Below are positions 1-5,800 of a stretch of 14,710 nt of DNA, in pieces. The notes below the pieces were generated by a model. It worked only from the letters and a program-made list of their open reading frames with translations, was not told where the DNA came from and did no database searches. Numbering within the stretch: the first letter of the stretch is position 1; each line of letters opens with the position of its first letter. The position numbers were made by a program, and so were the translations under genes. The DNA comes from Candidatus Eiseniibacteriota bacterium (lineage in GTDB: Bacteria; Eisenbacteria; RBG-16-71-46; JABDJR01; JAWXBZ01): assembly GCA_034440375.1 (NCBI GenBank), contig JAWXBZ010000214.1, positions 1-14,710 of the forward strand. Reading direction: 5' to 3'.

Positions 1-1
1 C

Positions 2-691
2 CTGCGCGGCTACCACATGCTGCCCGAGAACGATGGGCCGATGGCCATGCCGGCCACGGTGGCGCGCGCTTCGCAGGTGGCGGGGATCCTGCACGCGGCT
101 GAGTTGTCGCAGGTGCGGCTGCTGCCCGACGAGCTGAAGGCAGAGCGCAACCTGTTCCCCGAAGGAAGGCTCGACCAGGACCTGCAGCAGGTCGATCTGC
201 GCGGGCGCAATTCGTGGCGGCTGCTGCTGGCGGAGGTGCCTTCGGTCGAACTGCTCGAAGTTCAGCTCGTCAACGCCATCGCGCCATTCATCCTGAACGC
301 ACGGCTCAAGCCGTTGATGCTGCGCACCCCCGGCCGCGAAAAGCACATCGTCAACGTGTCGGCGGTGGAAGGGCAGTTCTACCGCAAGACCAAGACCACA
401 CGACACCCGCATACCAACATGGCAAAGGCCGCGCTCAACATGATGACGCGCACCTCGGCCACCGACTACCACCACGACGGCATCCACATGAACAGCATCG
501 ATACCGGGTGGGTGACCGACGAAGACCCGGTCGAGATTGCGGCACGCAAGGTGGTCGAGCACCGCTTCCACCCGCCCCTCGATATCGTCGACGGCGCCGC
601 GCGCATCGTCGATCCCATCATCAAGGGGATCAACACGGGCGAGCATGTGTGGGGGCAGTTCCTCAAGGATTACCGGCCGACGGACTGGTAG
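2..691 (+). CDS. SDR-family NAD(P)-dependent oxidoreductase, C-terminal part (5'-truncated by window edge)
   Basis: Frame is open from base 2 (LRGYH before the ATG at 17). SDR C-terminal motifs are present: QLVNAIAPFIL, HIVNVSAVEG, HPHTNMAKAALNMMTR, IHMNSIDTGWV. The N-terminal Rossmann motif is absent and presumably lies upstream of the window. Confidence 0.88.
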   Translation: MRGYHMLPENDGPMAMPATVARASQVAGILHAAELSQVRLLPDELKAERNLFPEGRLDQDLQQVDLRGRNSWRLLLAEVPSVELLEVQLVNAIAPFILNARLKPLMLRTPGREKHIVNVSAVEGQFYRKTKTTRHPHTNMAKAALNMMTRTSATDYHHDGIHMNSIDTGWVTDEDPVEIAARKVVEHRFHPPLDIVDGAARIVDPIIKGINTGEHVWGQFLKDYRPTDW

Positions 692-801
692 AGGAACTCG
701 TTGTGAGCGTGTCAATATTCATCAAGTCCTTATAAATAAACAACTTGAAGGGAAACTCCCGCCGCCGCCGCCGGCCAGTCAAGTAATTCTCAACGCCCCC
801 T
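692..801. repeat. AT-rich intergenic element with nested inverted repeats (possible MITE/recombination-site remnant)
   Basis: TCAAGT(722-727)-15 bp-ACTTGA(743-748), plus a third TCAAGT at 779-784. Imperfect outer IR CGTTGTGA(699-706)/TCTCAACG(788-795). The AT-rich core TTATAAATAAA stands out against GC-rich flanks. Confidence 0.4.
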
Positions 802-808
802 GGAGAGG

Positions 809-1462
809 ATGTTGCCACGCGCCACCGAATTCGGGGCGCCAGTTGCGCGCATCAACTTCCGGAGGCGACATGAGCCACAGTCACAAATCCCGGTCCCGCG
901 ACATTCTTGCTCGGTTCGCGACGGATTCCAGGTCGAATGGAAATTTTCGGACGATTCCGAGCCGGTGGCCGTTGGCATCGACCGGGGGAGCTCGTCCACC
1001 GGGCCGTGGGAGCGGATCGAGCCTGCCGTCCTCGCCAGCGGCAATGGAATCAACCGGGCGATCGATGAAACCGCACCGGCAGGCCACACACCCTGGTATC
1101 GCCTCCAGGCGACCCGGCGTGACGGCCAGGTCGAACTTTTCGGTCCCGTCGGCGTCGGTGGTGATCGGCCGGTTGCCGGTCCGGTCGCCGAATTCCTGGG
1201 TGGCTCCCGGCCGAATCCGGCTCGTGCCTCGACGACCATCGAGTTCCGGGTTGGCCGTCCGGCGTTCGTCGAACTGAGCGTTTTCGATATCGAGGGGCGA
1301 CGGGTTCGCAGCATTTCGTCCGGCGTCCTCGACAGCGGCCGGTATGAACGGAGCTGGGACGGCCGGACCGATCGGTTCAGCGATGCGCCGTCGGGCATCT
1401 ACTTCATTGTTTTGAATACATCGGAGGGGATTACCAGTCAGCGCGTCGTTCTGTCGCGCTAG
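809..1462 (+). CDS. FlgD Ig-like / T9SS-type C-terminal sorting-domain protein, probably an N-terminally truncated remnant
   Basis: C-terminal pattern PNPARASTTIEF...VELSVFDIEGRRVR...WDGRTD...PSGIYFIVL...QRVVLSR, preceded by a beta-rich module (FQVEWKF...WYRLQATRRDGQVELFGP). No signal peptide or catalytic domain. Start is uncertain. Confidence 0.72.
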   Translation: MLPRATEFGAPVARINFRRRHEPQSQIPVPRHSCSVRDGFQVEWKFSDDSEPVAVGIDRGSSSTGPWERIEPAVLASGNGINRAIDETAPAGHTPWYRLQATRRDGQVELFGPVGVGGDRPVAGPVAEFLGGSRPNPARASTTIEFRVGRPAFVELSVFDIEGRRVRSISSGVLDSGRYERSWDGRTDRFSDAPSGIYFIVLNTSEGITSQRVVLSR

Positions 1463-1468
1463 GCTGGC

Positions 1469-1514
1469 GGCCCGGTTGGCGGGGCTCGCCGCCGACCGGG
1501 CCGGCTTTACTTTT
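1469..1514. terminator. Probable intrinsic terminator between convergent genes (possibly bidirectional)
   Basis: 14-bp stem GGCCCGGTTGGCGG(1469-1482)/CCGCCGACCGGGCC(1489-1502) with one G-U pair and a 6-nt loop, followed by GGCTTTACTTTT. Lies between stops at 1462(+) and 1507(-). Confidence 0.75.
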
Positions 1515-3291
1515 GATCGCGCGCCGATCGTCCCTTCACGGCCGGTCCGCGCGTTGTCGTTTCCGCGGGGCGCCGGTCGAGAAAGGCTTCGATGCCGTTT
1601 CGATCGAGCGTGTTGATCACATCGGCGGCCGTGAGCCATCCCTTGCGGGCCACCCCGATCCCGAAGCGGACGACGTCCAGGCCGGCGGTGCTGTGGGCGT
1701 CAGGATTGATGCTGAACTGGCAACCCGCCTCGCGGGCCGCCCGCAGCTCGCGCCAGTCCAGGTCCAGTCGGTGCGGGCTGGCGTTGATCTCGACCGCCAC
1801 CTGATGCGCCGCGCAGGCGGCCAGGACCGCCGGCAGATTCACCGGGTATGGCTCCCGGGTCAGGAGCAGACGCCCGGTCGGATGGCCGAGGATGCGCACC
1901 TTCGGATGGCTGACCGCCTGGATGATCCGTTTGGTTTGTTCCGCTTCGGACAGATTGAAGCTGGAGTGGACGGAGGCCACGAGGTAGTCGAAGCCGGCCA
2001 GCGTCTCCTCGTCATAATCGAGCCGTCCGTCCGGCAGGATGTCGCTCTCGATCCCCTTGAAGAGGCGTATCTGCTGGCCGAGTTTCTCCTGCAGGGCGTC
2101 GATGGCCGCGTGCTGCTGCCGCACCCGCTCCGGCGAGAGCCCGCGGGCGTAGCCGGCTGTCTGGCTGTGATCGGTGATGCCGAAGTAGTGTAGGCCGCGG
2201 TCGATGGCCGCCTGGATCATGTCGTCCAGCGTGTCCTGGCCGTCGCTCCAGTTGGTGTGCTGGTGAAGGAGGCCCTTGATGTCCCGTGGTTCGATCAGGC
2301 CCGGCAGGCGGCCGGACTCGGCGGCCTCGATCTCGCCCGTGTCCTCGCGCAGCTCGGGTTCGATGTATTCGAGGCCGAGCGCCCGGTAGATGGCGGCTTC
2401 ATCGGCGCAGGCCACGCGTTTTCCTGAGTCGTCCGTTCGCTCGAGCGCATACTCGTTGAGCTTCAGGCCTCTTTTTTGCGCCCGACCGCGCAACGCCACG
2501 TTGTGCGCCTTGCTTCCGGTGAAGTAGAGGAGCGCGAATGGAAACTCCCCGGCTGACACGCAACGAAGGTCGGCGGCCATGCCGGACTTCAGGCGCACGC
2601 TCGATTTCGCCTCGCCGTGGCCGGTGACCGCCTCGACATTTGGAGCGGTGGTAAAGGCCGTCATGATGGGCGCCGGCGTGCTGGTGGCCACCACGAGATC
2701 GATGTCCTTGATCGTTTCGCCCAGCCGCCGCAGGCTGCCGGCCAGGCTGATCTGCTCGACGCCGTCGAGGTTCCGGATGACCCCGAGGAGCGCCGCGGCC
2801 TCTGCCTCCGCCACATTTACCAGATAGCGGCCGGCATTCTTCCTCACATGCTCAATCCCTTCCAGAATTTTCGACTGGGTCTTCTCGCCGAAACCGGGGA
2901 GATCGGCCAGACGTCCGGCCCGGGCCGCCGCATCCAGCTCGTCGAGCGAGGCGATGCCGAGGTCGGTCATCAGGAGGCGCGCCTTCTTCGGACCGAGCCC
3001 GGGAACCTTGAGCATCTCCTGGAAGCCGGCAGGAAACTCCGACTTGAGTTTTTCGTAGTATTCGAGCCGACCGGTGGTCACAAGTTCGGTGATCTTGTCG
3101 GCGAGGGCCTGGCCGATTCCCTTGACGCCGGTAAGCCTTTTGTCGGCCACCAGCACGGCCAGATCCTCGTCCAGCCCCATGACCACCCGCGCACCGTTCT
3201 GGTAGGCGCGCGTCTTGAACACGTTTTCGCCCTTCAGCTCCAGGAGCGTCCCAATTTGCTCAAGAGTGTCCGCTACGGCTCGCTTGTCCAG
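1507..3291 (-). CDS. polX: DNA polymerase/3'-5' exonuclease PolX (PolX + PHP domain), ~594 aa
   Basis: HhH motifs (GVKGIG, VPGLGPKK, LPGFGEK), GSLRR..ETIKDID catalytic DxD, third Asp in ADLRCV, YFTGSKAHN. PHP motifs HQHT.WSDG, TDHS, GIESD, HPTGR, NPDAH. The PolX-like N-terminus (LDKRAVADTLEQIGTLLELKGEN) extends 23 codons upstream of the tracked GTG 3222 to CTG 3291, with GAGAGG 6 nt upstream. Confidence 0.95.
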   Translation of the reverse strand: MDKRAVADTLEQIGTLLELKGENVFKTRAYQNGARVVMGLDEDLAVLVADKRLTGVKGIGQALADKITELVTTGRLEYYEKLKSEFPAGFQEMLKVPGLGPKKARLLMTDLGIASLDELDAAARAGRLADLPGFGEKTQSKILEGIEHVRKNAGRYLVNVAEAEAAALLGVIRNLDGVEQISLAGSLRRLGETIKDIDLVVATSTPAPIMTAFTTAPNVEAVTGHGEAKSSVRLKSGMAADLRCVSAGEFPFALLYFTGSKAHNVALRGRAQKRGLKLNEYALERTDDSGKRVACADEAAIYRALGLEYIEPELREDTGEIEAAESGRLPGLIEPRDIKGLLHQHTNWSDGQDTLDDMIQAAIDRGLHYFGITDHSQTAGYARGLSPERVRQQHAAIDALQEKLGQQIRLFKGIESDILPDGRLDYDEETLAGFDYLVASVHSSFNLSEAEQTKRIIQAVSHPKVRILGHPTGRLLLTREPYPVNLPAVLAACAAHQVAVEINASPHRLDLDWRELRAAREAGCQFSINPDAHSTAGLDVVRFGIGVARKGWLTAADVINTLDRNGIEAFLDRRPAETTTRGPAVKGRSARDQK

Positions 3292-3312
3292 AGGCTGCCT
3301 CTCGGCTAGAGT
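3284..3312 (+). promoter_or_regulatory. Sigma70-type promoter for a leaderless TerC-operon transcript
   Basis: TTGTCC(3284-3289)-17 bp-TAGAGT(3307-3312)-6 bp-ATG(3319). No Shine-Dalgarno in front of the ATG. Confidence 0.65.
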
Positions 3313-3318
3313 TCAATC

Positions 3319-4089
3319 ATGGATTGGCTGACCGACCCACAGGCTTGGATCGCCCTTCTGACGTTGACCGTCATGGAGGTCGTTCTCGGAATCGATAACG
3401 TCATCTTCATCTCCATCCTGGCCGGCAAGCTGCCGCCCGAGCAGCGCGACAGGGCCCGTACAATCGGCCTGGCCGGCGCCATGATCACCCGAATTCTATT
3501 ATTGCTGGGCCTGACCTGGGTCATGAAACTGACCCGGCCCCTTTTCGAGATCTTCCATCATGAGGTGTCCGGCCGGGATCTGATCCTGATTTTCGGCGGC
3601 CTTTTCCTGATCGCCAAGAGCACCCACGAGATCCACGAAAAGCTCGAGGGAGAGGAACATCAGGGCGCCGGAAGGCCGGCCGCCAGCATGACCAGCGTGA
3701 TCATCCAGATCATGCTACTCGATATCATCTTTTCTCTCGACTCCGTCATCACGGCGGTCGGCATGGCCCGGCAGCTCGCCGTCATGGTCATCGCGGTTGT
3801 CATTTCCGTCATCTTCATGATGTTATATTCCAGGCCAATTTCCCATTTCGTCGATCGCCATCCCACGGTCAAGATGCTCGCCCTGTCGTTCCTGATCCTG
3901 ATCGGGGTGATGCTCGTCGCGGAGGGGGGCCATCAGCACATTCCGAAGGGATATGTTTACTTCGCCATGGCTTTCTCGGTCTTCGTGGAGATGCTGAATC
4001 TGCGCCTGCGCAAGCATCCGTCCCAGCCCGTGAAGCTTCACCAGCCGTACGATTCCCCTCCGGAGCCGCCCGCAACAACCGGGTCATGA
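3319..4089 (+). CDS. TerC-family integral membrane protein
   Basis: MEVVLGIDNVIFISI, LDIIFSLDSVITAVGM, HPTVKMLALSFLILIG, PKGYVYFAMAFSVFVEMLNLR; multiple hydrophobic helices. Confidence 0.95.
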   Translation: MDWLTDPQAWIALLTLTVMEVVLGIDNVIFISILAGKLPPEQRDRARTIGLAGAMITRILLLLGLTWVMKLTRPLFEIFHHEVSGRDLILIFGGLFLIAKSTHEIHEKLEGEEHQGAGRPAASMTSVIIQIMLLDIIFSLDSVITAVGMARQLAVMVIAVVISVIFMMLYSRPISHFVDRHPTVKMLALSFLILIGVMLVAEGGHQHIPKGYVYFAMAFSVFVEMLNLRLRKHPSQPVKLHQPYDSPPEPPATTGS

Positions 4090-4784
4090 ATCCGAGGGAG
4101 CTGCCCCCATTTGCGCCGATCTTTCCGCTGCCGGAGGTCGTGTTTTTTCCCGGGGTGGTCATGCCGCTCCATGTCTTCGAGCCTCGTTTTCGCGCGATGA
4201 CTGCCGATGCGCTGGCGGCCGATACGGCCGGCAGCGGCGGGCTGATTGTTCTGGCGTTGCTCCAGCCTGGTTGGGAGGAGGACTACGCCGGCACGCCGCC
4301 GGTTCATTCCATCGCGACAGCGGGGAAGATTACGCACGCAGAGCGGCTCGATGACGGCCGCTATTTTCTGACGCTGCGGGGTATCCAGCGGGTTCGCCTC
4401 CCGGGCGAGGAATCATTGACCGTCGGCGGCTACCGCCTGGCTCGAATCAACCCGGCTCCGGAATCAGTCAGCGGGTTGGACTCGCCGGCCGCCGCCGGCG
4501 AACTGACACGCCTGCTGGCCGACTTTGCCGAATGGAACGGTTCGGTCCAGATTGCTGCCGATCCGGAGCTGCTTCTGAATCAGCCGGAATTGCGCCCGAC
4601 CCTTCTCAACACCCTGGCATTTCACCTTGGGGTGCCGCCCGCGGTTCGCCAGGAACTGCTCGAAGAATCCGACCTCGGCCAGCGCCTGAGTCGGGTGCAG
4701 GCCAACGTTCATCGCGGGCTCGCGGAGAAGCGGGCGATGTCGGCCTTCCGTCACCTGACGCCGGACGATCCGAGGATGAACTAG
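4086..4784 (+). CDS. LON peptidase substrate-binding (N-terminal) domain protein, stand-alone
   Basis: PIFPLPEVVFFPGVVMPLHVFEPRFRAM...GKI...LDDGRY.LTLRGIQR...RQELLE. No AAA+ or protease domain. ATGA overlap with the TerC stop. Confidence 0.9.
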   Translation: MNPRELPPFAPIFPLPEVVFFPGVVMPLHVFEPRFRAMTADALAADTAGSGGLIVLALLQPGWEEDYAGTPPVHSIATAGKITHAERLDDGRYFLTLRGIQRVRLPGEESLTVGGYRLARINPAPESVSGLDSPAAAGELTRLLADFAEWNGSVQIAADPELLLNQPELRPTLLNTLAFHLGVPPAVRQELLEESDLGQRLSRVQANVHRGLAEKRAMSAFRHLTPDDPRMN

Positions 4785-4786
4785 AG

Positions 4787-5494
4787 GTGGCAAAGCCGAC
4801 AACCCGACCGCGGTTTCAGCCGAAACGGCGCCGTGACCTGCCGGAAGGCGCGAAGCCGGCGGCCGCCGAGCGGGTCGGAAAAATTCTCGCGGCGCTCGAT
4901 CAGGAGTACCCGGTTGTCGAATGCGCCCTGGATCACACCCGGCCGCTGGAATTGCTGGTGGCGACAATCCTGTCGGCCCAGTGCACCGACGAACGGGTCA
5001 ACATCGTCACCCGCGATCTGTTTCCGCGCTACCCGACGCCGGCGCACTATGCCGATGCCGACCCGGCCGAGCTGGAGGCCGTGATTCACTCAACCGGATT
5101 CTTTCGAAACAAGTCGAAGAACCTGATCGGGATGGGGCGGGGCCTCATCGAGCGATACGACGGCGAGGTTCCGCGCACGATGGACGATCTCCTCTCGCTG
5201 CCGGGCGTGGCCCGCAAGACGGCCAACGTCGTGCTGGGCACGGCGTTTCAAATAGCCGTCGGCGTGGTCGTCGACACCCACGTCGGCCGCATCGCCCAGC
5301 GCCTTGGCCTGACGAAGCACGAGGACCCGGTTCGCATCGAACAGGATTTGATTCGCCTGGTTCCGCAGGACCACTGGATTCGCCTCAGCCATCAGTTGAT
5401 CTGGCACGGCCGCCGCGTTTGTACCGCACGTAAGCCAGCCTGTGAGCGTTGCACGCTCGCAACGTGGTGTCCGTCGGCGGGCGTGGCGGCGTAG
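4787..5494 (+). CDS. nth: Endonuclease III (HhH-GPD DNA glycosylase/AP lyase, 4Fe-4S)
   Basis: LLVATILSAQCTDERVN, HhH LPGVARKTANVV, VDTHV, C-x6-C-x2-C-x5-C (CTARKPACERCTLATWC). Start placed at GTG 4787, 2 nt after the upstream stop, with GAGGA at 4772-4776. Confidence 0.96.
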   Translation: MAKPTTRPRFQPKRRRDLPEGAKPAAAERVGKILAALDQEYPVVECALDHTRPLELLVATILSAQCTDERVNIVTRDLFPRYPTPAHYADADPAELEAVIHSTGFFRNKSKNLIGMGRGLIERYDGEVPRTMDDLLSLPGVARKTANVVLGTAFQIAVGVVVDTHVGRIAQRLGLTKHEDPVRIEQDLIRLVPQDHWIRLSHQLIWHGRRVCTARKPACERCTLATWCPSAGVAA

Positions 5495-5545
5495 GGGGGA
5501 GGCCGGTGTGCGGGATCGCATCGGTGCGACCGAGTCGTCAGCGAT

Positions 5546-5567
5546 CAACTCGTTCCGGAACGAGTTG
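5546..5567. repeat. Perfect 22-bp palindrome CAACTCGTTCCGGAACGAGTTG
   Basis: Read directly: CAACTCGTTCC is the exact reverse complement of GGAACGAGTTG. Intergenic, upstream of the HNH gene. Confidence 0.95.
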
Positions 5568-5800
5568 CATACTCCAATATCAAGATCACAAAATATTGCA
5601 GACTCAAAAATAAGTATTGACAGCTTTTCAAACGCACCGCTGCCACTGGTTCGATCTTGTTGGTGGATGACCGTGCAACTTCCGTGGACGCCGCATGCCG
5701 CGGTCTCATCGCCAAACGCGACATGAGCGGGGTAATGCCAGTCCGATTGTCGGCTCACGTCGGCCCGCGCGGCACGAAACACTCGTGAGATGATGGTTTC

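Noticed and set aside
759-773. (CCG)n/(GCC)n short tandem run
   Set aside because: Only 4-5 units in a GC-rich genome; no evidence for phase variation.
4532-4786. N-terminal extension of nth in the ORF track
   Set aside because: Overlaps the LON_N gene out of frame; GTG 4787 fits operon spacing.
5617-5650. TTGACA as a complete sigma70 promoter
   Set aside because: No TAnnnT hexamer at 16-18 bp spacing, so it is not called as a feature.
5090-5782. 230-aa minus ORF and 5442..5726 + ORF crossing the HNH leader
   Set aside because: They overlap nth, and both read NSFRNEL only because they cross the palindrome. There is no RBS or domain evidence, although a small peptide cannot be excluded.
5495-5800. 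CRISPR or TIGR-like array upstream of the HNH gene
   Set aside because: No regularly spaced direct repeats are visible; only isolated palindromes.
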